A stretch of DNA of 61,424 nucleotides from a virus (Duplodnaviria > Caudoviricetes): positions 1 through 61,424 of IMG/VR virus record IMGVR_UViG_3300028840_003815. One strand, 5' to 3'. The translations under genes and the position numbers were made by a program. Numbering within the stretch: the first letter of the stretch is position 1; each line of letters begins with the position of its first letter. The notes under the pieces were generated by a model that searched no databases, was not told the origin of the DNA, and saw only the letters and a list, made by a program, of their open reading frames with translations. Of this stretch, positions 27,048 to 37,360 are shown piece after piece.

Positions 27048-28538
27048 TTAAAATGGTTGTTTTTCTGTTTCTGCTGTTTCTGCTGTATCAACTATAAATT
27101 CAGACTCAAATTTGTCTAAATTCTTATTAATAAAATTAATGGTACGTGGCAACAAGCAATACCAGTGCCCAATTTCATCAAAATTTACAGGTGTTGCGAA
27201 TTCTGGCATTTTCTGCTTTATAAATTCTGTTAATCCAGGAGTACGCTGCTCTCTCTTTCCCAGATCAACAAATAATTTATGATGTTCTGTCAGTTCGGTG
27301 AGAAAATCAGCCCACATTGGAACATGCTGAACCTGAATCAATTTTGTTGACTCCACCCGGAACGGAAAAAATTTGTCTTTGCCTTTTGGATGCCTGCTGA
27401 AATTCTGCATAGCGATTTTTACGCCGTCTCTATCATAACCGCGCTCTGAAACCTGAGCATGAATTTTTTTCAGCAGTTTGCGCTCCGGATCGTCTCCGAT
27501 TAAATCTGTTTTGGCTCCTGTATATTGTGCTGGTGATTGTTCCGGCTGTTGCTGTTTTTCTGTATCAGGCTGTTGACTTGCTGTAACAAAATTCAATTCC
27601 CCTGAAGGCATGGCATCAGTCTGTGTAACAATTTCATTATCAGTTTTTTCAGGATAAAATTCTTCTGAATTTTCAGGATAAAATTCTTCTGAAAAATCCT
27701 GAGAATCATCAACAGTAGAATCAAAAGCGATTGATTTTATTTGAGATAATGCAAGCTCTTTGACTTGTCCGAATTGCTGTGAACGAAATTCAATGGATTG
27801 CGCCTGTTTAAATGCCAAAGTCTGTAATTCATCAACTGAGCCTTTAAAAACTATCGAAACAACCGGAATTGTGGTTTGCCCTCCATTCGGTATTGTAATG
27901 GCCTGGGGTACAAGCATCAGGTATAATGGAAGAAATGCAAGATTTCCACCTGTAAAATTTTGCAAGAAATATAGACTGCCCATAATGGAGCTGATTGTCC
28001 TGAAAGATGTTGTACGAAATCTGAAACAGCCTCCAATGTATTCTGCCTGATCTATCAAAAAAGTCAGGCAGCCATTCGGTTTGCATTTTCTTGCCCCGCT
28101 TGAATTTGGATTGAGCAAATGACATGTGCATTTTACTTTCTCACGTTTTCCGGATTGCTGGTTCAGACTCAAACCCATATGCCCGTCTCCTTCACATTGA
28201 CATTGAGAGCCATTGTAATAAGCATACCGGGTATAAAAGATTAAGTCCATATCCTGCTCAGACTGGCAATTATGCAAGAGCCTGATAGGGATTCCAATTA
28301 TATTCCCGTCTTTATTCAATAAAGCCGGTCTTTTTTGATCTGCTTTGAGTTTTTCAATCAAATCAGTATCAAGGATAAAATTGTCATCTGAACCACGCTC
28401 GGTTTTTGTGATTAAAAAATGGTCTGTTTTTTGCGGAAGCCGGAATTCTTTTCCGGCTTTGCTTTTCCGCTTTTCGCCTTTGAAACCGACTTTTACAGAG
28501 CCTGTATGCAACAGTTGTGGTGTAAAATTCTTAATCAT
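27048..28538 (-). CDS. phiBT1 gp3-like (recombination directionality factor family) protein, likely start 28538
   Basis: G.VKVG.KG...S..G...R.PQK.DHF.IT, C.GDG, CKP.G.L.F, F.F.TTS..T. Confidence 0.65.
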   Translation of the reverse strand: MIKNFTPQLLHTGSVKVGFKGEKRKSKAGKEFRLPQKTDHFLITKTERGSDDNFILDTDLIEKLKADQKRPALLNKDGNIIGIPIRLLHNCQSEQDMDLIFYTRYAYYNGSQCQCEGDGHMGLSLNQQSGKREKVKCTCHLLNPNSSGARKCKPNGCLTFLIDQAEYIGGCFRFRTTSFRTISSIMGSLYFLQNFTGGNLAFLPLYLMLVPQAITIPNGGQTTIPVVSIVFKGSVDELQTLAFKQAQSIEFRSQQFGQVKELALSQIKSIAFDSTVDDSQDFSEEFYPENSEEFYPEKTDNEIVTQTDAMPSGELNFVTASQQPDTEKQQQPEQSPAQYTGAKTDLIGDDPERKLLKKIHAQVSERGYDRDGVKIAMQNFSRHPKGKDKFFPFRVESTKLIQVQHVPMWADFLTELTEHHKLFVDLGKREQRTPGLTEFIKQKMPEFATPVNFDEIGHWYCLLPRTINFINKNLDKFESEFIVDTAETAETEKQPF

Positions 28539-29418
28539 AATAGATAATTCCTTTCTGTGTTTTTGTATTGCCTTCAATCCATGTTGCCCATGATGGGAGT
28601 GTAATATATTCCGTTTTTTCTGAATATCCGGGCCATTCATCAGCAGTCAGGCATTTTCCGTATAAATCCAAATATTGCTGGTATTGTTGCCGTGCGGATT
28701 CTATATCAGCGGAATGGAGTCTGTAAACAGCAACTCCAATTTCAGGATTCTGTTCTGGTAATTTTTTTTCTACTGCGATAAACCTGAAATCGTTGAATTT
28801 TATCCCAGGGTTCGCTTCTGTCAATACATCCAGATAAAATGCGGCGCTCCAATGATATTTAAAATTCCCTATTGATTTTGAAAAGCCTTCCATAGATGCG
28901 TCAGAAGTGCTTTTTAAATCGATGCAGGTAAAGCCTGTATCAGTCGGTTTCAAGTAGTCAGGGCGGCATTTCTTCCAGAATCCGCGCCAGTCTTTTGAAA
29001 AAACGGAATGTTCTGCGTATCCATTTGACACCAATCGTGCGGCTTCAGGATGATTCATGACGGCCTGCTGCATTCTGCTAATCGTATCAAAATCTCTCTG
29101 ACGTACAGGCAATTTCCCGGATTCAAGAGGGAGCTTTGTTTTTTTCCCGTCTTCTATCACTTCATATTGTTCGCCAAATTTTTTCGGTTCCAGTACTAAT
29201 GTATGAAATAAAGTGCCTATTTGAAGAACTGATAAGCGGTTAAAATTCCACTCCGGTTCAGGTTCGGTAAATGTTTGAAATGCTTTTGCAGGGCTGCTGT
29301 CTGCCAGTTTTTTGAGTGTAGAAGATGACAGAATATATCTGTCTTCTGGGTCCCTAACATCTCTATGATAAACATGATTTGACATATCAGGAATAATACC
29401 GGGTTTGTCTATTTTCAT
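28531..29418 (-). CDS. RecE/ExoVIII-like PD-(D/E)xK exonuclease (DUF3799-like)
   Basis: YH..LSSS.LK, GT.FH.LVLEP, KCRPD, DLKST, F.FIAVEK. Confidence 0.9.
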   Translation of the reverse strand: MKIDKPGIIPDMSNHVYHRDVRDPEDRYILSSSTLKKLADSSPAKAFQTFTEPEPEWNFNRLSVLQIGTLFHTLVLEPKKFGEQYEVIEDGKKTKLPLESGKLPVRQRDFDTISRMQQAVMNHPEAARLVSNGYAEHSVFSKDWRGFWKKCRPDYLKPTDTGFTCIDLKSTSDASMEGFSKSIGNFKYHWSAAFYLDVLTEANPGIKFNDFRFIAVEKKLPEQNPEIGVAVYRLHSADIESARQQYQQYLDLYGKCLTADEWPGYSEKTEYITLPSWATWIEGNTKTQKGIIYYD

Positions 29419-29432
29419 GATGATAATCCTTT

Positions 29433-29684
29433 CTAATCATGTGAGCGCTCATTATAGACGCTTTGTAAGACAGGATATAATTCTGTTTGTAGTTCAATTT
29501 CAAAATTTTTTACAAGCTTATGAAAACTTTCTACAAATTCAGATTGTTCCTTTGTCAGTTTATCTCTGTCAATTGCCAAGACTGAATTGGGGGCTGTTGT
29601 GCGTTCTGCATCCCAGAGAACTTGAGCTATTTTTTCAAATAAATCATAGATTTCTTTTAGATTTGGCCTTTTCGTTTCTCCCAT
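29433..29684 (-). CDS. hypothetical protein
   Basis: GGAGG RBS. Confidence 0.65.
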   Translation of the reverse strand: MGETKRPNLKEIYDLFEKIAQVLWDAERTTAPNSVLAIDRDKLTKEQSEFVESFHKLVKNFEIELQTELYPVLQSVYNERSHD

Positions 29685-29694
29685 GATCCCCTCC

Positions 29695-30066
29695 TTATTT
29701 TCTTATTAAATCACCTGTCATAAGAGAGTGCCATTCCTCATGGCATTCTCTGCACAATAAACTTTTCGGCCATTCATCAGCATCCTTAAAAAATTTATGC
29801 GGTGCCCAGTGGTGTTCTTCAACGTGAGTATGTTTATTGCATCTCTGACATATGCCTAAATTTGGCTGATAAATTTTTCCAGGTTCACTATTCAATATTT
29901 CTTCAGGAACATTTTTCTTTTTTACAAAAAATGTTGTTCTCTTCCCGCAAAATGAGCAGGCATAAGGGAATCTTGATCTTTCATTGCTATCAATGATTTT
30001 AACTATTTTCCATTTCGGGCCTTGTCCGCAATATTGGCAAGGCTTCATTAAATCTTTTCTTAACAT
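29695..30066 (-). CDS. Zn-finger / HNH-like protein
   Basis: CQRC..EEHHW.P....LCRECH.EWH. Confidence 0.65.
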   Translation of the reverse strand: MLRKDLMKPCQYCGQGPKWKIVKIIDSNERSRFPYACSFCGKRTTFFVKKKNVPEEILNSEPGKIYQPNLGICQRCNKHTHVEEHHWAPHKFFKDADEWPKSLLCRECHEEWHSLMTGDLIRK

Positions 30067-30240
30067 TTAATTTACATCTCCATTTGATCTGAAATTTAAA
30101 AGATGGTTTCTTATAAAAAATCTGTGTATGCTTGTCAAGCATTTTTTTGACTGTGTGTTAATTTTTTTTGATATGTAGTTAAAAAATATCTTGACTTGTT
30201 AATTATATATATTTATAAAAGGACAAGAAAGAGAGGTTTT

Positions 30241-30441
30241 ATGCAGAAAAGAATTTTAAGATTGTCTGAAATAAGGAAATTAGTCGATAAAAAAATTATC
30301 AACATGAAGTTTTTATCAAGAGAAACAGGTATTTCATATAATAATATCTGGACAGCGTTGAAGCGAAATAAAAATCCGTCCTATACTGTAATTGAAAAAA
30401 TTTCAGATTGCATTGATAAAAATTTCAGGGAGAGAATATGA
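30241..30441 (+). CDS. Cro-like HTH regulator
   Basis: LSRETGISYNNI......NPSYTVIEKI; divergent from the recombination operon. Confidence 0.75.
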   Translation: MQKRILRLSEIRKLVDKKIINMKFLSRETGISYNNIWTALKRNKNPSYTVIEKISDCIDKNFRERI

Positions 30442-33041
30442 ATCCATCTTTTAAAAATAAAGTATTAGATTGTTTAAAAAACAGTCAATTTTGGACTCAA
30501 AAGACAAAAGACAATGGCAGTAAAATTTCGGGATTAACTTGTCCTGAGTGCGGAAAAAATGAAGCGTGGGCGTATAGCAAAAGCCCTATGGCTATATTTT
30601 GCAGCAGGGGAAATAAATGCTACGCAAAAACACTGACTTTATCCCTGTTCCCGGAAATCAGACAGAACGTAGAGAGGGATTATCCAGCTACAAAAACAGA
30701 ACCCCATAAACCAGCACTTCATTATTTACAATCCAGAGGGCTTAATAAGAGTCTGGAAGGGCTTGACTTCCAATATTGGAAAAAAACCCGCAAGGGCTGC
30801 GGTGGCGCTGTCATGTTCCCTGTTTCTAAAGATGTTTGGAATGGCCGTTTATTTAACCCAAACGGAAGCGGGAAAAGCCATACAAAAGGGGCGTATGGCG
30901 GAATATTCTGGAAGCATCCGGGAATACAGTATGATTCCGATAAAAAAACGTATGTTACTGAGGGGATTCTTGACGCACTTTCCTTTATAGAGATGGGATT
31001 TCAGGCAATTGCGATTATTTCAGCAGGGCAGACACCTGAAAATATAAAGCTGATTGAGTTTCATAACGTATGGTTAGCTTTTGATAACGATAACGCAGGT
31101 ATAAACGCCCTGAAAAAATGGAAAGATAAATTTCCGGGATACAAGGCTATTCTGCCGGACAAGGGGCAGGATTGGAATGATTTTCTTGCATTGAATGATG
31201 ACAAAGCATCTGAAATTTTTAAGAAAAAGAGTGGGAAATTTCAATTCAATGCAGAGCTGGCATTATCCAAGACTGCCCTTGAATACACAGAAAAGTTTTA
31301 TGGATTTCATAAATTTCTGCCTGGATTATTTCAATTCAATGGCTGTTACTGGATGGCAGGTATTAAGCAAAAGAAAGATGATGTAGAGATTAACGTTTAT
31401 AAATGTTCTGATTTCATCATGAAACCGCTTTATAAGCGATTGTTTATGGAATCTAAACAAACTGCTGAATATAGTTATTACCTACGGGTAACTCCAAAAA
31501 ATGAGAAATCCGTTGATATAACTATATCCGGTAAGGATTTGGCAGTTTTAAATAATACAAGACAAGTTTTTGGATTCAGGGCCGGGGTTTCATGGGTGGG
31601 AGATAATGAAGCCTTGACAAAATTACAGGAAAAAATCAGGCGCGCAAAGATTCAGGAAATCAAAATTGTTGATAATGTAGGATATAATGACGGTTGTTAT
31701 ATCCATTCCCATTTTATGATTGATGAGCGTGGAAATTTTCATTTACCGGATAAAATCGGAATAATCAAAAGTTTTGAACCGTTTGAAGCTGAGGACGCAT
31801 TAAAGCCACTTTCTGAACCTGTTTTAAATGCTCAAAAAGTGCAAAATATGATTTACAAAGCATGGGGAAATCAAGGTCTTGTGGCTATGGCTTGGACAGT
31901 TGCTTCGTGGTTCCGGTCTCAGATTCTTGAATCAGCCGGTTTTTTTCCGTTTTTATCGTTATATGGCGACCCCCAAACCGGCAAAAGTAACTTGATAAAG
32001 CTTTTACAGCATTGTCAGGGGTTCAGAAATGAAGGACATGGACTAAAAAAGGCTGATACAATCAAATTTATTGCTCGGTCTATCGCTCAAAGAAGCAATC
32101 TGTTTTATGCAATTCTGGAAGAACAGGGAAAACATGATAGTAAATTTGATTATCCAGGTATTATCCTGACTGGATATAATGGGAGCAGTATTCAGGGCCG
32201 TGCAGCTTTTTCAAATAATAACAAAACTCAATCCAGCCCGCTTGAGTGCGGAATAGTTTTTGTACAAAATTTTGAGCCATTCACAACCCAACAGGAAAAA
32301 GAAAGAGTTTTTTCTGTTCCATTCCGGATATCCCAGCTTTCAGAACAATCCTTTACAGCATTCAGGGAGCTTTTAAAGTATCAACCTGCTGCATTTTTAC
32401 AGGTTTTTATAGATGTCATGTTAAATAAGCAGGTTATTGAATCTGACTGGTTTGAAAGATTTAATATTCTAAGAGATGAGTTTATTCAGACTCTCCATGA
32501 CAACCGACTTGCTGAAGTATCGGCTATACTTATGACTTTTCATAATATTCTTTGTGCTATTACCGGCAATAATTTTGATATTAAGGATTACATATTACAG
32601 CTTACAAGAGAAAAGCAGGTGAATAAATCAAATGATTTGCCAGAAGCGGATATGATCCTTGATTATATTTATACAAATGCAGAAAAAGATTTAAGTCAAT
32701 TTGTAAAAATTGACTTACAAAACAGTCTTTTATGCTTCCACTGGGTTTCAGTGAAACAGCATGTTGAATCTTTCAGAGGGTTAAAACAGAGTGAAATTGT
32801 TAAGCAATTCAAGCGGCATGAGGCTTTCAACGCATGTAATAAAACTGTTAGATATGGCGATAATACATATAAATCATATGTATTTGATATTGAAAAAATG
32901 TCATGTGCTGTGAATTCTGGCTCTAACAATTGCTTTAATTGTGAATGGATTTACAGGGAAAATGGGATATTTACATGCCTAAAACACAATGGATCATCCA
33001 TTGAATCAGTGGTAGATTGTCAGCATTTTGAGCAATCATAA
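30438..33041 (+). CDS. primase-helicase (Zn finger, TOPRIM, P-loop)
   Basis: CPECGK, VTEGILDALS, AFDND.AG, DWND, LYGDPQTGKS. Confidence 0.9.
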   Translation: MNPSFKNKVLDCLKNSQFWTQKTKDNGSKISGLTCPECGKNEAWAYSKSPMAIFCSRGNKCYAKTLTLSLFPEIRQNVERDYPATKTEPHKPALHYLQSRGLNKSLEGLDFQYWKKTRKGCGGAVMFPVSKDVWNGRLFNPNGSGKSHTKGAYGGIFWKHPGIQYDSDKKTYVTEGILDALSFIEMGFQAIAIISAGQTPENIKLIEFHNVWLAFDNDNAGINALKKWKDKFPGYKAILPDKGQDWNDFLALNDDKASEIFKKKSGKFQFNAELALSKTALEYTEKFYGFHKFLPGLFQFNGCYWMAGIKQKKDDVEINVYKCSDFIMKPLYKRLFMESKQTAEYSYYLRVTPKNEKSVDITISGKDLAVLNNTRQVFGFRAGVSWVGDNEALTKLQEKIRRAKIQEIKIVDNVGYNDGCYIHSHFMIDERGNFHLPDKIGIIKSFEPFEAEDALKPLSEPVLNAQKVQNMIYKAWGNQGLVAMAWTVASWFRSQILESAGFFPFLSLYGDPQTGKSNLIKLLQHCQGFRNEGHGLKKADTIKFIARSIAQRSNLFYAILEEQGKHDSKFDYPGIILTGYNGSSIQGRAAFSNNNKTQSSPLECGIVFVQNFEPFTTQQEKERVFSVPFRISQLSEQSFTAFRELLKYQPAAFLQVFIDVMLNKQVIESDWFERFNILRDEFIQTLHDNRLAEVSAILMTFHNILCAITGNNFDIKDYILQLTREKQVNKSNDLPEADMILDYIYTNAEKDLSQFVKIDLQNSLLCFHWVSVKQHVESFRGLKQSEIVKQFKRHEAFNACNKTVRYGDNTYKSYVFDIEKMSCAVNSGSNNCFNCEWIYRENGIFTCLKHNGSSIESVVDCQHFEQS

Positions 33042-33065
33042 TCTAAGTCGTTGTAAATATTCACT

Positions 33066-33312
33066 TGTTACCTTTTTGTTACCTTTTTTTGAATAGGTAA
33101 CAAAAAGGTAACACTCTAAGCTGTTAAAAATATTACATTGTTACCTTGTTACCTATGTTACCTGATATATGTATGTATATATGTGCGAGCCTATATGTTT
33201 TTATTTATATATGTAGTGAAAAATCAGGTAACATAGGTAACAAGGTAACAATGTAATATTTTTAACAGCTTAGAGTGTTACCTTTTGTTACCTTTTTTGA
33301 AAAAGGTAACAT
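33066..33312. other. putative replication origin: 13 GGTAAC/GTTACC iterons in a long inverted repeat
   Basis: 64-bp arm 33103-33166 is perfectly inverted from 33223; AT-rich spacer; directly after the primase-helicase. Confidence 0.8.
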
Positions 33313-33349
33313 TTTTAAAAGGCAATTTTTAGAGAAAGGAATCTATTTT

Positions 33350-35428
33350 ATGAATGAAATAGAGGGAGTTATACAGCAAATCAGGGGGCCATACGGAAAA
33401 GGTAACAACTGGTTTATCATGACATTGAAAGATGGACAAATGGTAACAGGCTGCAAACCCAGTCATATTGCAATTGGTGATAATTGCAAATTTACAGGAA
33501 ATTATAAAGAGAGCAAATACGGTCAGCAGTTTGCAGCTTCACAATTCAGCGTGTCTATGCCTAAAGATATGGCCGGGATTCTGGAATATTTAAAAAGACA
33601 CATGCCTGGAATCGGAAATAAAACTGGTAGAGCGATTGTTCAGCATTTCAGAGAAAATATATTTTCCATTCTGGATAATGAACCTGAACGACTTGCAGAA
33701 ATCAGGGGAATATCACAGAAAAAGGCCGAAAAAATAGCGGAAGTATACAAAGAGATAAAAGCCAGGCAAGATATGGATATATTTTATGCTGAAAATGGTA
33801 TTACTGCAAATTTGAGAGCAAGATTTGTTGATGCTTTAGGTGATGATGACAGTTTTATTATCAGACAAATTAAAAAGAATCCATACGGGCTTATTGAAAG
33901 AGTAGACGGATTCGGATTTATGACTGCTGACAGAATATTTCTGTCAATCAATAATACTGATATGGAAAATTCTTACCGGATTAATGCAGGTATTTCGCAC
34001 ACATTGAGAGACGCTGAAAATCAAGGACATTGTTATTTACTGGAAGCTGAACTTTTTAAGAAGGCAAGCAAATTATTATCAGTCTCAATAGAATCTGTCA
34101 TTGAAGCGTTTAAAGCTGATAGATTTGAAATTGAAGGTAATAGAGTTTACAATGATGATTTGTATTTTGCTGAAAAATCTGTATCTGAGAAGCTTAAACA
34201 GATGCTTTCTTGTCATAATTATATGGAAATTAATGATATATCACAGAAAGATTTTTTAGATTTATCGCCAGACCAGCAACAGGCTTTCCGATTTGCCACT
34301 AAAAATAAAGTCTGCATTATTACGGGCGGGCCTGGAACTGGCAAAACTCATATGCTTAAAATGTTATTGCAAGCCTTTTCTGAATTAGAAGTGGCGTTAG
34401 CAAGTCCGACCGGGAAAGCAGCAAAGAGGATGCAGGAGAGTACAGGGAAGCAGGCTTTTACTATTCATAGGCTTTTAAAATACAGACCATTTGAAGGATT
34501 TCAGCATAATGAAAAGAATCAACTTGAATATGATGTTGTTATTATAGATGAAAGCAGTATGATTGATATCCGGCTTTTTTCAGCTTTATTAAAAGCTATA
34601 CCGATAGATAGCCGGGTTGTCATTGTAGGAGATGCCGATCAGTTGCCAAGTGTGGGGCCGGGGCGGTGTCTTGCTGATATGATTAAGGCCAGGGTTCCTA
34701 CTGCAATGTTGACAACATTACATAGACAGGAATCAGGATCATTGATTGATTTAAATGCTCAAAAGATTAATAACGGGCAAGGTATTCGAGGAGGCAATAT
34801 AAAATCAGATTTTATATTCTGTATTGAAGAAGACCCGGAAACACTGGCAGACAGAATTGTAAAAGCCTGTAAATATTACATTGATGACAATCCGCAGGTA
34901 CTTTGCCCACAAAAAAAGGGGGTTATCGGAGTTTTTAATCTTAATGAACGGCTGCGTAATGAGGTTTTTAACCCGGATGGTGAACCGGTTCCAGGAACTT
35001 TTTTCAGGCTTGGTGATAGGGTTATTCAGCTTCGGAATAATTATAATCTGGAAATCTTTAATGGTGATATTGGAATAATCACAGGTATACATGAAGATAA
35101 GGACAAGCAGGTATTTATCAAAATCGAGTTTGACACTGGGCCGGTTTTATATCCGAAACATATGATTGACGACTTACAACTTGCATACGCATTGACAATC
35201 CACAAGAGCCAAGGCAGTGAATTTCATACTATAATTATGCCGGTACACACTCAAAATTATATTATGTTAAAGCGTCAATTGCTTTATACCGGTATCACAC
35301 GAGGCAAAAAGCGTGTTGTGTTAATTGGGACTGAGAAAGCCGTAAATCTGGCTATTAAAATGCCCGATACTTCGGTTAGATATTCAGCTTTGGCTGAAAG
35401 AATTAAAAAAGAAAGGAAAATAGATTAA
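33350..35428 (+). CDS. recD2: RecD2-like SF1B helicase
   Basis: ITGGPGTGKT, SPTGKAAKR, IIDESSM, VGD.DQLPSVGPG, AYALTIHKSQGSEF, LLYTGITR. Confidence 0.93.
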   Translation: MNEIEGVIQQIRGPYGKGNNWFIMTLKDGQMVTGCKPSHIAIGDNCKFTGNYKESKYGQQFAASQFSVSMPKDMAGILEYLKRHMPGIGNKTGRAIVQHFRENIFSILDNEPERLAEIRGISQKKAEKIAEVYKEIKARQDMDIFYAENGITANLRARFVDALGDDDSFIIRQIKKNPYGLIERVDGFGFMTADRIFLSINNTDMENSYRINAGISHTLRDAENQGHCYLLEAELFKKASKLLSVSIESVIEAFKADRFEIEGNRVYNDDLYFAEKSVSEKLKQMLSCHNYMEINDISQKDFLDLSPDQQQAFRFATKNKVCIITGGPGTGKTHMLKMLLQAFSELEVALASPTGKAAKRMQESTGKQAFTIHRLLKYRPFEGFQHNEKNQLEYDVVIIDESSMIDIRLFSALLKAIPIDSRVVIVGDADQLPSVGPGRCLADMIKARVPTAMLTTLHRQESGSLIDLNAQKINNGQGIRGGNIKSDFIFCIEEDPETLADRIVKACKYYIDDNPQVLCPQKKGVIGVFNLNERLRNEVFNPDGEPVPGTFFRLGDRVIQLRNNYNLEIFNGDIGIITGIHEDKDKQVFIKIEFDTGPVLYPKHMIDDLQLAYALTIHKSQGSEFHTIIMPVHTQNYIMLKRQLLYTGITRGKKRVVLIGTEKAVNLAIKMPDTSVRYSALAERIKKERKID

Positions 35429-35916
35429 TGGCAGGAATGTTAAAAGGCATTATTATTGGCAATCTTGGAGGCAATCCAGAACTTAAATACGGACAAGACG
35501 GGCTTGCACGGTGTCATTTCTCTGTTGCTTGCAATGAAAAAGTTAAGGGTGAAGACAGAACGGAATGGATACGGGTTACGGTATTCGGTAAACTGGCAGA
35601 AATATGCAGCCAATATCTTTTTAAAGGTAAACAGGTTTATCTTGAAGGCAGGCTTCAGACAAATACATGGGAAGATCAACAGGGGCAGTCCAGGTTTTCA
35701 CTGGAAATGGTTGCAAATAATATGGTAATGCTTGGGACAAAAGCGGATAATGGACAGGGCGGCGGTTATCAAGGCCGGCAGGGAGGCTACCAGCAGAATT
35801 CGTATAACCAGCCGCAGCAGGGAGGAAGCGGTTATCAGCCTACCCCACCCATACCGCAGGGACACCAGCAGTTACCGGAACAGCCTCCGGTTGATAATGA
35901 TGATATTCCATTTTAG
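35428..35916 (+). CDS. ssb: single-stranded DNA-binding protein
   Basis: IIGNLG..PE, TEW.RV..FGKLAE, KG.QVY.EGRLQT, C-terminal DDIPF. Confidence 0.97.
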   Translation: MAGMLKGIIIGNLGGNPELKYGQDGLARCHFSVACNEKVKGEDRTEWIRVTVFGKLAEICSQYLFKGKQVYLEGRLQTNTWEDQQGQSRFSLEMVANNMVMLGTKADNGQGGGYQGRQGGYQQNSYNQPQQGGSGYQPTPPIPQGHQQLPEQPPVDNDDIPF

Positions 35917-35955
35917 ATTTATTGATAAATGGCTTAACATATCATCATAAAATTT

Positions 35956-35999
35956 ACATCATTTTTATACTTGACACATAAAAATGATGTTGCTATAAA
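35956..35999 (+). promoter_or_regulatory. sigma70 promoter with a 13-bp inverted-repeat operator around the -35
   Basis: TTGACA(35971)-17-TATAAA; acatcatttttat / ataaaaatgatgt. Confidence 0.8.
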
Positions 36000-36007
36000 G
36001 AAAATAC

Positions 36008-36072
36008 TTTCAGGGATAGATTTCGGGTAGCTCCCGGAATTGATAAGCCGGTATTCACGAACCGGCTTCCCT
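36008..36072 (+). ncRNA. structured RNA element copy 1 (three-way junction)
   Basis: Three near-identical copies; two hairpins closed by an AGGGA/TCCCT stem. Confidence 0.75.
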
Positions 36073-36121
36073 TAAAAACCTCACTCGTGAAATCTTTACT
36101 CTTTACGTGAAAGGAGCTTTT

Positions 36122-36787
36122 ATGAAAACCGAAGTTATTATGTATCGGCCTTTTCTTACTTTTCAAGTTCGGCAAATGTCAAAATGTGAATTTTTGAATT
36201 GCAATGATGCACTTAAGGCTGTCAATGTTATTCGAATTGCTAATGGAAAAAGTGAAAAACGCCTTGATAAGTTTTTTGAAAATGACCATTCAGAATATTT
36301 AGAGGCTCTTTGTAAGTATTTGAATCAAGACAATATTTTAATTCCCCAGAAAAATGGGGAATTAAAACCTACTGATTTAATTATAGTAAAAAAGGGTCGC
36401 TATGGCGGGACTTGGTTGCATCCGTATTACTATACGAAATTTGCCAGATGGCTTTCTCCTGAATTTGAGGCTGCTGTTGATATATGGATAACAGATAACT
36501 TGCTCATGTTTCGGAATAATGGCGGCGATTCTTTTAAATTTCTAAATCGTATTCTTGATTCAAAATTTGAGATTGGTTCAAAATATTGGGAATATGCAAA
36601 GGTCGCAAAGTTTGTGCAAATTACAGTTTTTGGACATGAAGGGAATGATCTTTGGAACTTTGCAAATCAGGAACAACTTGCAAAAAGAGAACGCATTTTA
36701 ATTGAAATCGAAGCCGCTGCAAAGTATGGTAATTTTTCAAGCCTTGATGATCTTCTTGATTCTGTGGAAATCTCAATAAATAAATAA
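36122..36787 (+). CDS. KilA-N domain protein
   Basis: VRQ....FLN......KGRYGGTWLHP....FA.WLSPEF. Confidence 0.9.
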   Translation: MKTEVIMYRPFLTFQVRQMSKCEFLNCNDALKAVNVIRIANGKSEKRLDKFFENDHSEYLEALCKYLNQDNILIPQKNGELKPTDLIIVKKGRYGGTWLHPYYYTKFARWLSPEFEAAVDIWITDNLLMFRNNGGDSFKFLNRILDSKFEIGSKYWEYAKVAKFVQITVFGHEGNDLWNFANQEQLAKRERILIEIEAAAKYGNFSSLDDLLDSVEISINK

Positions 36788-36839
36788 CCGGATGCAAGCC
36801 GGAATAATATCCGGGGTGCAGTTCAAAAGGATATAAAAA

Positions 36840-37223
36840 ATGGAAAATAATGTCTTTGTTGTAGATGGCCTAACAAATAAATTTTTTTTATCGGTAGATT
36901 GTTTTTTATGTTTCATTAATCCTATAATGCAAGACACGGAAAAACTTGCAAGAACGGCGCACATTCCACAATTTAAATGGGAAGATGAAAAAGACTCTTT
37001 TATCCCCCTTGATATAGCTGAACGAGAAATAAAGGAAGAGTTAAAACATTGTGATACAAATTTTCAGGATTTATTTTATGAAATTTTAAATATTTTTAAT
37101 GAAATGAGAGATACATGTGAATTTAGTTTAAAGGGAAATTATTCTTATGTGTCCGCTCTTTTAAAGGCTTATCCAGATTTCAAAAATCATAAAATGTATA
37201 AAAAATATTATACTAAACTTTAA
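36840..37223 (+). CDS. hypothetical protein
   Basis: AAGGA RBS. Confidence 0.65.
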   Translation: MENNVFVVDGLTNKFFLSVDCFLCFINPIMQDTEKLARTAHIPQFKWEDEKDSFIPLDIAEREIKEELKHCDTNFQDLFYEILNIFNEMRDTCEFSLKGNYSYVSALLKAYPDFKNHKMYKKYYTKL

Positions 37224-37224
37224 T

Positions 37225-37240
37225 TGTTCTACGTGGAACA
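37225..37240. other. parS-like palindrome 1 (TGTTCTACGTGGAACA)
   Basis: One mismatch to TGTTCCACGTGGAACA. Confidence 0.8.
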
Positions 37241-37309
37241 TTTCAGGGATAGATTTCGGGTAGCTCCCGGAATTGATAAGCCGGTATTCACGAACCGGCT
37301 TCCCTGGAA
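37241..37309 (+). ncRNA. structured RNA element copy 2
   Basis: Identical core to copy 1. Confidence 0.75.
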
Positions 37310-37360
37310 TCCTTCTTATCGTGAATCTCTATAACTCTTTACGTGAAAGGAGTCCAAAAA

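Noticed and set aside
27646-27692. Short tandem duplication (SEEFYPE twice)
   Set aside because: Ordinary 24-nt duplication in a low-complexity linker.
33066-33312. Protelomerase (hairpin telomere) site
   Set aside because: No protelomerase recognised; the palindrome has a non-palindromic spacer and iterons, which fit an origin better.
36008-36072. tRNA gene
   Set aside because: Only two hairpin arms, no TTC T-loop or anticodon arm, no CCA end.
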